Origin: the human T2T-CHM13v2.0 reference genome, Homo sapiens
Length of the DNA stretch: 64,000 bases
Reading direction: 5' to 3' (one strand)
Assembly (NCBI RefSeq): GCF_009914755.1
Contig: NC_060940.1
Position 1 is the stretch's first letter, and each line of letters opens with the position of its first letter. A program made the translations under genes and the position numbers. This document shows positions 29,574 through 42,025 of the stretch, piece after piece. Below the pieces are notes generated by a model, which was given only the letters and a program-made list of their open reading frames with translations, was not told the DNA's origin and ran no database searches.

Positions 29574-30699
29574 TCTGTCGGACCGTATTGATCAGAGGCT
29601 CAGGGACAGATGACCCTATTTAGGCAAGGAAATGAGTGGGTGAAGCAGCAAGATTCACCTTTCCCAGTTTCATCTGGGGGTTGTTTTGCCAACATTGCCA
29701 TCTGTTGGGCCAGTGCTGGCTACAGCAGCCAAGCTTCAGACATCACTGCATCTTTATCAATGACCTTGGGACCACAGGAGGTGACCTTCTGACCAAACAG
29801 CAGCCAATGAAGGAATCTTAAAAGGCACATCACTTTATATTTATTCAGTGGTTATGTCATCACTTAATCCTCACCACAACCTTGTGAGTTCAGTACAATT
29901 TGTGTTTTCATTTTATCTGTGAACAAATGGAGGCAGAGAGTTTGAGTAATTTACAAGTAAGTGGCAGATCCGGGGGCTGTGCCTAGACAATGTGGCTCCA
30001 GACTCCTTGCCCCTCCCTGCCTTCTGCTGCATCTTGATTGAGTCTAGCCATCTATTTCTTTAACACACACTAATTGCTGTCTCCATGTTCCAGGCCCTGT
30101 GCCAGATGCTAGAAATACATCCCCATCCACTGGATCTTGGCATGGTCCATTGCTCAGTGTCCTGCTATGTTACGTGTTACATAATGCATTTATTCCGGTA
30201 TTTAGCCCATGGAAAATAATGCTGAAAGACATTGTATGCATGTTTCTACAACAAAACTATGTAACTTATGTTTCTTTTATTGCTTTGGCTATCAGGAAGC
30301 TCTTATCCAAATCAGAGCAAATACATTAGAATTTGGGCTTGTCATTTCAGTTTGCTGAACTTTTCCTTCTGGCCCAGATTTTCTATTTTGGTTCATAAAT
30401 TCTATTGCACAAATGTCCTTTATTGTAAAACACCTTAAATTCTTTCTAAGGGAAGGCTGCATGGAAATGATACAGTAAGGTCTTCCCTGCATTTTCTTAG
30501 ATTCCTATTAGGGAAGGCAGACCTAGATGTCCCTCTTACCCTCAGTCCCAAAGCCCCCCATTTATAAAATCCCTTAAGCAGTGACTACTGCTGTTCTGAG
30601 TACCTGGAGGTAGTTCAGAGCTTCTGAAAGGTAAAATCCATATACAAAAAGAAGTTCCTTCCGATCCAGATCCCAGCTTTGGTGCCAGATGCACATTTG

Positions 30700-31300
30700 A
30701 GGAGTAGGTGGCTAGTCAGACTCTCACCTGAGCAGTTAATAAAATCTATTGCCCCTTAATGGAATTTTTTCTGCAAGCTCGAATTGATCTGTCATCTTTG
30801 TGATTTGTGAGATGGCAGGGAAGCACCAAACACCATCATGACTTGGGCCACAGTGGTGGGAAAAAAGGAAAAAAGAAAAAAAAAATCCACTGCCAAGCCT
30901 TGCCAGGCGTAGAAAGGGCTGGAACTGCTGGGGCCATTTTATCTGATTTATTGGAAATAGAGTGGATCTTATTAACATTTTAATAAAGAGAATCTTTTTG
31001 CACTAGGCTGGAAGTGGCCGCCAGTCCCCCGTGCAATTCCATTCTCTGGAAAAGTGGAATCAGCTGGCATTGCCCAGCGTGATTTGTGAGGCTGAGCCCC
31101 AACAGTCCAAAGAAGCAAATGGGATGCCACCTCCGCGGGGCTCGCTCCTCGCGAGGTGCTCACCCCGTATCTGCCATGCAAAACGAGGGAGCGTTAGGAA
31201 GGAATCCGTCTTGTAAAGCCATTGGTCCTGGTCATCAGCCTCTACCCAATGCTTTCGTGATGCTGCTGCTGATCTATTTGGGAAGTTGGCTGGCTGGCGA
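30700..31300 (+). promoter_or_regulatory. CDH13 proximal promoter, no canonical TATA seen, CCAAT/ATTGG boxes near 31221 and 31246
   Basis: Unique, repeat-free sequence directly upstream of exon 1. The TSS cannot be determined from sequence alone. Confidence 0.7.
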
Positions 31301-31339
31301 GGCAGAGCCTCTCCTCAAAGCCTGGCTCCCACGGAAAAT

Positions 31340-31390
31340 ATGCTCAGTGCAGCCGCGTGCATGAATGAAAACGCCGCCGGGCGCTTCTAG
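31340..31390 (+). other. uORF MLSAAACMNENAAGRF* in the CDH13 5' leader
   Basis: ATG 31340 (A at -3) and ATG 31361 are in frame with each other. The stop TAG at 31388-31390 is 9 nt before the main ATG and in the same frame. Confidence 0.65.
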
Positions 31391-31444
31391 TCGGACAAAA
31401 TGCAGCCGAGAACTCCGCTCGTTCTGTGCGTTCTCCTGTCCCAG
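31365..31444 (+). CDS. CDH13: Alternative-frame start in exon 1 (MKTPPGASSRTKCSRELRSFCAFSCP-R), usable only when the 106-nt cassette exon is included
   Basis: ATG at 31365 is open for 80 nt to the exon 1 donor (phase 2). It joins in frame to exon 43649-43754. The resulting N-terminus is recalled as a longer CDH13 isoform. Confidence 0.75.
31400..31444 (+). CDS. CDH13: Cadherin-13 (T-cadherin) coding exon 1, N-terminal part of the signal peptide (MQPRTPLVLCVLLSQ)
   Basis: ATG at 31400 with A at -3, followed by 15 codons that I recognise as the CDH13 N-terminus. The exon ends at a phase-0 donor CAG|GTAGGG (intron starts 31445) and lies inside a CpG island. Confidence 0.97.
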
Positions 31445-31638
31445 GTAGGGAAGAGGGGCTGCCGGGCGCGCTCTGCGCCCCGTTTCTGCATTCGGATCGC
31501 CCGGCACGGGCAGGGTGAGGGGGCTTTCGGGGGGTCGGGGCCTCCGGTCGCGGCGGCGAAGACAGATCGGGGCTCGGTAGGGAGGTCATTCCGAGCCCAG
31601 AGATCCTAGGCACCCCCCACACACAGGCTCCCACTCTG

Positions 31639-31644
31639 GCGTGC

Positions 31645-31687
<43 letters not shown>

Positions 31688-31688
31688 T
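31639..31688. repeat. (GCGT)3(GT)n alternating purine-pyrimidine tract
   Basis: Directly visible, about 200 bp into intron 1. Confidence 0.95.
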
Positions 31689-34600
31689 TCGTTAACGGGA
31701 GGAGGAGAGAGCTCCCAGTCCTTTTTTGCTAGCAGGGGCGACATTCTCGCCCACATCAAGTGGGGTAACTTTGGTTCCCTCCTCCGGAGGCTCGGTGCAT
31801 TGGAGAAAGACTCAGTTAGAGGCGACTCCAACGAGCCGCGGTTTTCCCCAGCCCAACGCCCAGCGGCCGAAGCGCTGCTCGGGTCCGGATTGCGGGATGC
31901 GGGGCTGGAGAGGCCGAGCAGGCACCACCGACTTCCCAGGGCGCCCGGGCCCCCTGGTACAGCCCGGCTGCCCGCTGGAAGGCGCCTCGGGGCAGCAGAG
32001 AGCCTCAGCCCGGCTGCTGCTGTCGCTCAAAGGCGCCGGCGCCGGCCGCACCCGCATCGGGGTCCTTTTGCTCCCAGACCCCGGGCCCGAAAGGGCCGGA
32101 GCGTGTCCCCCGCCAGGGCGCAGGCCCCAGCCCCCCGCACCCCTATTGTCCAGCCAGCTGGAGCTCCGGCCAGATCCCGGGCTGCCGCCTCTGCTGCCTT
32201 CCCTGAGCGGGAGCGGAGCGCAGAGAAAAGTTCAAGCCTTGCCCACCCGGGCTGCAGCTGCTTGTTAACCCTCAGAGCGCCACGGCGCGAGGGAAGGGCA
32301 CGCCAACCAGGAGAGGGGGCGAGGGAGATGCGGTCCGCCTGCAGTCACCTCTGCACCTCAGAGATTTCGGGAAGTTTGAGTGCAGGAAAGCAGCGCTCCG
32401 AGGCCAGGCCTGGGGTGCTGGCCGCTGCGGGGGGCACGCCCAGCGCTGCTCAGGGGCCTGTGGTTTCGGAGAGCACCCCGATCCAGTCCCCCATCGCCTC
32501 TCTGGCAGGCGTTGGGACTTGGAGTGAGCTGGCAGCCTGCAAGTGGGTGGATAAGAGCCAGGGCAGGGCAGGGCCGGGCAGAGTAAGGAGGGAAAGAGAC
32601 AGGGAGTGCCTCAGGGTGCTAGGAATGAGTGTTGAGTTCCTGGCCGGGGTAGAGGCTCAGGTGAGAGTTTGCGGGTGAAAGGCAGGGGAAGGGAGTTGGG
32701 TTCCCAGGTAGGGACTGTCTGGGATGGGGAGACTGGTGCAGACTTCTAAGGGAGACCACTGTTAGAGCAATGTTGGGTTTAGACTTTGGAAATGGGCTAA
32801 CATCTCAGAAATGCAGTGATGGGTGATAGTACCAGGGGAGATTCAAGTGCCCGGCTGCTGAGCCCGCTCCCAAGCTCCTGACTTCTTTCTTGGATATACA
32901 GTCCCGATTAAGGACTGCCCAGTTATAGCTCCTTTTCTACCAGGCTTTTCTGGTTGATTATCTTGTGGTCCCTACAGCCTTGAGTCTTGCCATGGATCCC
33001 AAGCCTGGCTGTGAACCAGTTTTCCAGATGTCCTGTACCCTAGAGACCCCAAGGCTGTATGTGTGTACATATACCCCAATTTAGCAAGGCGGTTTGGAGC
33101 ATGCCTCAGACAGAAAGGATTCAGACAGATCCTTCCTGCCATCTGCTAGTGGTACCAACCTGGGCAAGTTGTTTAACCTCTTTGAGCTTCCAAGTTCTCC
33201 ATTGTAAAATAATCTGCTGCCTTCCTAGGACTGCTGAGTGGATAGGATTGCATTCAACAGGATGTCCTATGCAATGCATGCCAGTCTGGGAGCTGTCGGT
33301 GTCTGAGAGCACTTACCATTGCCTTGTCCAGGACTTCACAGTCCTCTTTCTTTCTTGGCAGGTTTCAACCTCAGTTCATATTCCAGGGCTTGCCCAAAGT
33401 TATGCCTCCTTTAAAGCAAGACAGACCACGTGACAGGGCCCCAGGATCGATTTTTATGCACTAAGGGCTCTGCGCACGGTTCTTTTTGCAAATGAACTGG
33501 TGTGTCTCCTCACCCAGGGCCAGGCTGGCACAGGTGGGTTCTGAAGGCTCACTCTATTTATTTAGATGAAGGAAGCAGAGATTTTGCTGTGAATTGAAAT
33601 GATTGCCCTGAGAGGCTTATTTCTATTTTCAATTGTTATGCATATCAGAGCAAATGTCCACATTAGGATAGTAATTGATATCCTGGTAGCAATAGTACCT
33701 CACAGAGAAATCATTTTGATGCAATCCAGTTAACCAGCAAGAAGTTCACGTGCAGAACTCTGTGTGCCATAGAAAAAAGTGGGGAAAGTCTTCGAGGCTT
33801 TGAGTCGACGAGCAAAAACACAACTTTCCTGAGGCAGAGAGAAAACAGAAGGGAAAAACAATGTAATAAAACAAATTAGTCACTCGGCCCTGGTGGTGTT
33901 CAGGCAAGCCTGTATGTTTTTTTCCACCACAGTTGTAAAGCATCGGGTCTGGCTTTGGAAGCCATCAATCTCTGTAAGCTTATTGGCTTGGTTGTTGTTT
34001 TAGGCATTTTGGTAGGAGGTGAGGAATTCTAAGCAACAATGACTGGAAGCTGGCACCGTTGAACAGTCACCTCTCCTATCCCCTGGGGTGTTTTGGGAAA
34101 GTCTGTCCCAGAAGTGGCCTCTGGAATTTGCCTATGATAAGTAATGACTGTGAAACAAATCAAGAAAGAAATGAGCAAGAAATTCCATGGTAAATGTGAT
34201 TCCCCTCCCTATTTGGGTAGCACTTACAACTAACCAAAAGTTCTAACAATGAGTGAGTAATCCCCCAAGAATTAGGAATTTAGGGAGGGGTTCAGGCTTG
34301 GAGGACAGTCGCTTGGGAGTGACTGAAAATGTTCCATGGAATTCTGAGATTTCGCTATAAAGTGGGGAGTTCTCTCTAGGGGTCAGAGTCTTGATTTTCA
34401 GGATTTTCAATGAGAATCAGTGTCTTATAGTGCTCCTGCAAATTTGTGTGTTATGTTTTAAGAGCAGTGTTTATTTGCAGAACTTTTTGGATGAGGAAAA
34501 GGACACAGGGTTGAAGAGGGTGCTGCCCCCTCCCCCCCTAGGGTCAATACATGACAGCCTGTAAGATTTCCAGAGCACTAGGGAAATGGAATATGTAGTG

Positions 34601-36940
34601 AAAGGAGTCAGTGATAGAGTTCACCTGTCTGAACATTTTTTTTTAGCAAGTCCCAAAACAGGTTTAATAAACTGCAAAGCTGAGTATGTAATCTGGAATT
34701 TGTGTAATTCCACAGTCTATACTAAAAGCCCCAACAGTCATCTTAGCTGATCGCTCCTACTCTGCCTCCCTCCCTTCTCCCCTTTTCTATCTTTAGCCCT
34801 TGGGTTTTCCGTTAAGTAAAATCTGTTTACTTCCAGAAGTATCCTCTATGTGTTATAGTGAAATTGCCCAACAAACCAACATACTCAATAACTGCATTAT
34901 CTAAAAGCATCAGCACTTGGATGTGTAAACTGAGCCTCAATCTGAAGTTCAATGTTTAGGTTAAAGTGTAGCTAGGTTCTTGAAAACATCCTTATTTCCT
35001 TCCAAAAATACAATTGCTTGGGGAGTCTAGTTAATTTATATTTAGTGGAATGTAGGAAAAGGACAAACTATGGATTTAATTTACACCTGAATGACAGTCA
35101 TATCATCTACGTAGCCAACAGTGTTTCTGTGTGCGCGTCTGAGTGAGTGTGTACATCTCTGCATTTTGATCTTGTAATACCTGTTGAAAAATTTCTCCAG
35201 AAGAGGGCTCCATCCACAGCATTACAAAATTCTGAATCTACAGCTCATTTTAAAGAACTTCAATGCAGCAACTCCATCAAAACAAAACTATTCTCCTTAT
35301 TCCACATTAATTGCCACAATCACCCCCAAATGAGAAATCCTGCCATTTTTCACTGTATTTATTTCTGCGTCTCTCTCTTTCTTGCTTTCCTTCTTTTGCT
35401 CTCTTGCTTTCTCGCTAGCTTTCTTCTTGCTTTCTTTCTTTTCCCCTATTGTAGTTGGTTCTGTTCTAATTCATTCTTTGACTCTGTATCCCCTCTGAGT
35501 ATTGGAGCAGGGAAAATTTCAAAGATGTTTGTAGACGGTGCAATACGCAATGTGAGGAAGTTCTGAAATTTCCTGGCATTTGACTTTGGTTGGACTTGAT
35601 TTCATTCTTTAGGTAGCCAAAAGGCAGGAACAGTTCTGCCTGTGGAAGGAGATAACCTTCCCCCTTACATAACCACCCAGAAGGGTGACTCCTGAGCTAG
35701 GTCCACTCACTTTCCATCACTCATTGAAAAGGAGAAGGAAATATCCCCCTGTCATCCAATTACAATAATCAGCTGGACAGAATCAAACCAAGTGACCAGT
35801 GGTTTTGGCATTGTTTCTATTTAGCTGTCAGCCAGGTACCCATGCACCTGTGAGAATCTGACCCTCCTGAAGGATGCTGCCAATATAATTCCCCACAGCC
35901 CGCTTCTTCTGCAGCCACCTGGGATCCCAGGCCTGGCTCCTCAGGTATGAACAGGCTGCACAGACAATGAATGGCTGGGCTGTAGGATCTCTTGCTCCTG
36001 CAGTAGGCACTCAGCAGTGGCCTTATTCTAGAGTTAGGGTGGAAAGTCATCTTTCTCTGCTGAGAGAGGCAGCTTGGGGGAAGGCAGGAGAGGAGAAGAA
36101 AGGACATTTCTAACTTGAAGTGCTGACTGAGCCAGGGTCTGTGGAGGTGAATGTGTCACCCTCTGGCTTAGCAAGTTGAACCTCGAGACATCTGCTTGGT
36201 GGTAATGGAACTCATCTATCCCAAACCTGCAACTCTGGCTTCTGGGCAGAGGTTGCCAAGTAGCAGCCACAGGCTAAATTTAGCCATGGATGCAGTTTGT
36301 TTGGCTCAAATGTTTTGCAAATTGTACATTAATAAAAAAGAAATCCAGGTTTCTAGCATTTCTGAAAAAGTCAGGTCAGGCAACCCTAGATCCACACTTC
36401 AACATGGCCGTACTTGACAGGGCTGAGTCACTACTGCCCTCTTTAGGCAGGACGTGCCTCCGTAGCTTGCCATAATCGTCACCACTCTCTACTACCCAGC
36501 CTTCTGTGCTCACTAATTTTGCCTGCTTGCCCCTAGGGCTTTTTGAGTTTGGAACCTCTGCTTTCACAAATGTTGAGGTTTGATCAAATTGATGCAGTTT
36601 ATTTCTCAGTGATGGACTATTTGGAAAGGGAGGGACTGGCCTTTTCTCCTTCCCTGTGATTGAATTCCATTGATGTGTGCTTTGGAACAGCATGACCAAG
36701 GGGACTGCAGCCCCTCCCTGAGCACATTACTGGCAGTACTTTTGGACAGGCACCCAGAGAGACATAGCACCCAGATCATTGCTTCAGGTGTAAGAGTCAT
36801 GCAGAGAAGTGACACGCTGCAGCTCTGAGTCAGTACAAGCCCTGGCACACCAGTGTGTTGGTACAAAATGTCATCACGCACCAGCAGCCAAGGGACTCTG
36901 AAACCCTGGGATCATATAGAGGCCTGCATACCCTCTCTGT

Positions 36941-37455
36941 CAGCAGTCCTCAACCATTTTGGTACCAGGGACCGGTTTCGTGGAAGACAATTTTTCCACG
37001 GACTAGAATTGGGATGATTCAAGCACATTACATTTATTATGCATTTAATTTCTGTATTGTTACATTGTAATATATAATGAAATAATTCTACAACTCACTA
37101 TAATTTAGAATTACTGGGAGCCCTGAGCTTGTTTTTCTGCCACTAGATGGTCCCATCTGGGGGTGATGGGAGACACTGACAGATCATCAGGCATTAGACT
37201 CTCATAAGGAGAAGGCGACCTAGATCCCATGCACGCACACAGTTCACACAGGATTCCAACTCCTATGAAAATCCAGTGCCACGGCTGATCTGACAGGAGG
37301 CAGAGCCCAGGCGGTAATGCGAGTGCTGGGGAGCCATTATAAATACAGATGAAGCTTTTGCTTGCTCACGGGCCACTCACCTCCTGCTGTGTGGCCTGAT
37401 TTCTAACAGGCCATGGACTGGTACTGGCCTGTGGCCTGGAGGTTGGGAACCCCTG
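36941..37455. mobile_element. MER1A (hAT-Charlie), near full length
   Basis: Termini cagcagtcctcaacc / ggttgggaacccctg; internal ccagggaccggtttcgtggaagacaatttttccacggac; degenerate 8-bp TSD ctctctgt / ctctacgt. Confidence 0.88.
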
Positions 37456-37675
37456 CTCTACGTAGTGTTCTACCAAGAGCATGGCTGTCCTTGGAGAACA
37501 GTGACACCTGGGCATCATCATTCCATGAGTGTTGCTCCCTCACGGTATAGACATAACCAGAACGTCACAATAACTTACTCTACTTAGACTTGCCAAGGCC
37601 TCCGGGTACACTGCTCTAATATTCAGCACCTTTGTAACTTCAGGATAAAGCTGAATCTGCAGCTCTGTCACCTAC

Positions 37676-37966
37676 TTTTTTTCTTTGAGACGGAGTCTTG
37701 CTTTGTCACCCAAGCCGGAGTGCGGTGGCGCGATGTCGGCTCACTGCAACCTCCACCTCCAGGGTTTAAGCAATTCTGTGCCTCAGCCTCCCAAGTAGCT
37801 GGGATTACAGGTGCCCGCCACCAGGCCTGGCTAACTTTTTTATTTTTAGTAGAGACGGGGTTTCACTGTCTTGGCCAGGCTGGTCTTGAACTCCTGACCT
37901 CGTGATCCACCTGCCTCGGCCTCCCCAAGTGCTGGGATAAACAGACGTGAGCCACTGCGCCTGGCC
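37676..37966 (-). mobile_element. AluS
   Basis: Full antisense Alu. Confidence 0.95.
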
Positions 37967-38799
37967 AAGTACCCTTATCCATAGGACACTGTCACATCCT
38001 AGCACCGTCCTGGAGCTTGTGTGATGTTTTTATATCTGTTTTAACAGTTAACACCCACGGCCGTTCTACATACAGTGTTAATGCTACAATTAATGCTCTC
38101 TGGCTCTGTAAATACTAGACTAATCTGTCTGCCTCATCCCATACCAGCAGGTGAGCCTCAGATGATTCTTGTTTTCCATAGCTACAGACCCCAAAGATCA
38201 GAGTAAATATAACTCCATATACACATATGAAAAAAAGTGATTGTTTTTCCTCTGCCAGTTGCCAACAGAAGTCAAATTCTAGAAAACTAACATTAACAAC
38301 AGGCACGTTTTGACTTGTCATGTCTCATTTCAAAGACACCAATGAGCATCACCCGATCTGCTGCAGAGGCACAAAGACCCTGTGTCTCCTAGCTGAACGC
38401 AGCCCGGGCTGGGGCGGAGGGCAGCAGCTGCTCAGCCATCAACAGCCCTGCCACATGCCTGGGCAGGGCCCGGAAATGAGCTCAGCCTCTGGAGGAGCCT
38501 GGGGAATGGAAGGAAGGAATGTGGCAGCTTCCATCCTTGCCTTACGGGGCCTTCAGGCCAATGTCTCTTTCCCTCAAGGTGTCAGGGAACCGCTTTCTTG
38601 TGTTGTGTGCTGCAGGAAGAAGGTGGTGGCTGCAGACACCTGAAGCTTGAGCTTCTGTGATTGTCTCCCTGTGGACTGATTGCTGTAGGGCCTGCGGAAA
38701 GTTGCTGGACACTGCCAGCGGAACCGAGGCTGACTCAGACTGCCCGGAGTATCCCTCCTCAACTGCCATCAGCCGTCGGGCATCTGGGATCATCTCACT

Positions 38800-39005
38800 C
38801 AGGGGTTGCAAATTATGGCCCGTGAGCCAATTTCTCCCTGCAGTCTGGTTTTATAAATAGTTTTATTGGATTATAGCCACACCTATTCATTTATGTAATT
38901 GTTTATGGCTGCTTTTGTGCTATAACAACAGAGTTGAGACTGTCTGGCCCCTGAAGCTGAAAGTATTTACTATTTAGTCCCTAAAAGAAAAAGTTTCCTG
39001 ACTCT
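38800..39005. mobile_element. MER58A
   Basis: caggggttgcaaattatggcccgtgagcca...gttttattgga..a.agccac...aaaaagttt.ctgac. Confidence 0.8.
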
Positions 39006-40005
39006 TTATCTAACTTAAAGTTACAGCCAAAGAGGCTTCTGGGCGTCTTCTCAAATAAGGGGGGCCTGAGAAGTTCAGCCGTTGGGGACTTTTCCTCCTA
39101 GGCCCCAAGCACTTGAGCAACTTGACTTCAGGGAGATTCACCTGAGACCAAATGGTTCCAATAAATATCTATGATCTCTATGGAGGATCTACTATGTTCC
39201 AAGCACCACTTGTGTGTGCAGGATACAGTTGCTCATAAGGCAGACTGAGTCTCTGCTCTCCTGGGGCTCACAGCTTGGCAGGAAGGATCAATAGCAATTA
39301 ATGAATAATTTAAGATGGAGACAACTGTGATGAGGGAAGAAAGCCCAGCTGTGTGAGGTCATGCCGTTCTAAATATTTTGCCTAGGTGTTCTTTGTCTTT
39401 CTCCTCCACTAGACTATAAGCTCTGTTGTGGTCCACATTGTGGCTTGATTTGTTCATTTCTATACTCCCAGGGCTTAGAACAGTGCCTGGCACATAGTAC
39501 TCAGCAAACATGAATGAACAAATGAATGAATGAATATAAGAAAGACATCAGAGGCAGATGAAGGATCTGGGCGGCTTCCCTGACAACCTGATGCTTCAGC
39601 CCAAATCTGGAGGAGCAGTAGGGCTTACAGACAAAGACACAGTAGAGGGTGTGGGTGGGGAAAGGCATTCCAGGAAGAAGGCACAGTCTGGGTGAAGCCT
39701 CTATTCAGGGGAAACACCACACAGCCAAGGCAGTGATGTGAAGTGTGGCTGGGAGGTGCCAGAGCCAATGGGGCCATGTCAGCCACTGCAAGAATATTGG
39801 TGTTTTTCTCAGAGCAAGTGGCAGCCATTGAGGGTACTGAGGGAAAGGTACAGAGTGATGTGATCAGATTTGCATTCTGGCTACAAGTAGCAAATGGGTT
39901 GGAGCTGGGTAAGAATGGAAAGGAAAGGCCAGTCTAGGGCTGAGATCATGGGAAGCTGGATTCAGGAACGACGGTGCAGAGATGGGGCAGGTGATTGAAG
40001 TAGAC

Positions 40006-40382
40006 TGATATGGTTTGGGTCTCTGTCCCCACCCAAATCTCATGTCATATTGTAATCCCTAATGTTGGAGGTGAAGCCCAGTGGGAGGTGATTAGATCAG
40101 AGGGCGGATTTCTCCTTGCTTTAATCGTGATAGTGAGTTCTCACAAGACATGGTTATGTGAAAGTGTATAGCACTTCCCCCTTTGCGCCCCCTCTCTCTC
40201 CTGCTTGCTGTGTGAAGACGTGCCTCCTTCGCCTTCCCCTTCTGCCACGATTGTAAGTTTCCTGAGGCCTTTGCAGCCATACTTCCTCTACAGCATGCAG
40301 AAGCAAGCCAATTAGACCTCCTGTCTTTATAAATTACCCAGTCCCAGGCAGTTCTTTATAGCAATGCAAGAATGGACTAAAT
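40006..40382 (+). mobile_element. MSTA-like MaLR solo LTR
   Basis: tgatatggtttgg.tct.tgtccccacccaaatctcatgt...tgttggaggtg...aatggactaa. Confidence 0.88.
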
Positions 40383-40983
40383 CCTATTCAGATAATCCAA
40401 GAGACATTTAGGTGGATAACTTGACAGGCTTTGATGGTGGCTGGGTATGGAGATGGCAGGGCCAGAGAGAGGTGAAGGAGGCCTGCTTGAGTTCTGACTC
40501 TTCCAATTGGCAGGAAGAGTCAAACAAGGAGACCAGGTGTTTGACATTGTAAACAGGGTCGGTCTGAGGGCTTCTCTATGTGGGAGTGTAATTCAGGCTG
40601 CAGAACGTTCCTGGGAGAGGCACCTAAGGCCTGCATTACAGTATTGCCAGCAGATCCAGTCCATGCCTGCATCTAGGATGGGCACCGTGGGGGCCTGGAA
40701 ATGCCCTTGAATAAAGTGACCGACGTGCAGCCTGTACAATTAACCAATCTCTGAGACTTTTCATGCACAAGATATTTGAGAGAAACATTGCCAAGCCCTT
40801 TAATCGTTTCTTGAACATTCAATCAGCAGCACTGGAAATATGTCTTACATGAAGCAAATAATGATCTTCTACCCTCAGCAATCGCTTTGCCAATGCTAAC
40901 AAGCCTCTGCTTCAGCATGTTGGGTGTAGCCTTGGTGACTTCTGTTTGTGGTGTAGTAGGAGAATATTCAACTGGGTGCCAGG

Positions 40984-41210
40984 CAGTGGTATATTGGTAA
41001 ATGTTTAACAACTGGGCCACTCTAAAGAAACACCCAAACCAGAAAGCAAAACCCAAACCAAGACACAACCAAGTAATTTGTAGCTCTTGCCAATTTCTGT
41101 GATGTAAATACTCCCGTCATGGGCAATTTGAATCTGCCAACCTGAGAGTTTCCTAAAAACTTAACAAGGGGCTCTTGCTACCTGATACTAACTGGCTCCA
41201 GCACACCATG
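40984..41210. mobile_element. hAT-type MITE (MER112-like)
   Basis: Inverted termini cagtggtatattgg / ccagcacaccatg. Confidence 0.55.
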
Positions 41211-41674
41211 GACCTGGATCCTGTTTCTAGCTCACCCCCTCACTCGTGGTATGACCTTCAGCAAGCAGCTTGAATGTTTTCATCTGTAAAATGGACCAGG
41301 TTACTTGGAGGTTCAAGTGAGTAAAAAGATGTTAGAATGCAGGGAAGTCCAATTTGCTGCAAAGATGCATGCAGATTATCTAAATCATTATCACTTACAA
41401 GGAAACAGGACCTTTGGCCAGGATCCTACAGCTGTCTAATTGGGCCCTGTAAAAATACTTTGATTCAGCCACTGAATGAAGTTTGATGTGTGAGAAACAG
41501 AGGGTGTACCTCTGCTTCCTGCAGTTCTGCATGTTTTTGCAGTAAGAAAGATTATTGCGTTCTGTGGCAGTATTGATTCCGAACGTGTCTATCTTGTTTT
41601 TCTGCTTTCCCTTCTTTTCTTCCTTTTCTCAACAAAGATATTTAGTGAGTGCTGTATGCCAGGCACTCACCTAG

Positions 41675-42025
<351 letters not shown>

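Larger units (their letters stand above)
31100..32700. promoter_or_regulatory. CDH13 CpG island (promoter, exon 1 and start of intron 1)
   Basis: Abrupt rise in GC content and CpG density compared with the CpG-depleted flanks. Boundaries are approximate. Confidence 0.93.

Noticed and set aside
31445-31609. Continuation of the 69-aa ORF beyond LLSQ
   Set aside because: Read-through into intron 1 past the splice donor.
31641-32678. 345-aa ORF, and the 180-aa ORF at 31726-32268
   Set aside because: The 345-aa ORF starts at GTG in a GT microsatellite. Both are Ala/Arg/Pro/Gly-rich, as expected from stop-codon scarcity in a CpG island, and have no recognisable domain.
32900-34100. Exact placement of adiponectin-associated GWAS SNPs recalled near the CDH13 promoter and early intron 1
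   Set aside because: Positions cannot be assigned from this sequence without a reference alignment.
37622-37640. TTCAGCACC RE1 left half-site
   Set aside because: No GGACAG right half at any usual spacing.
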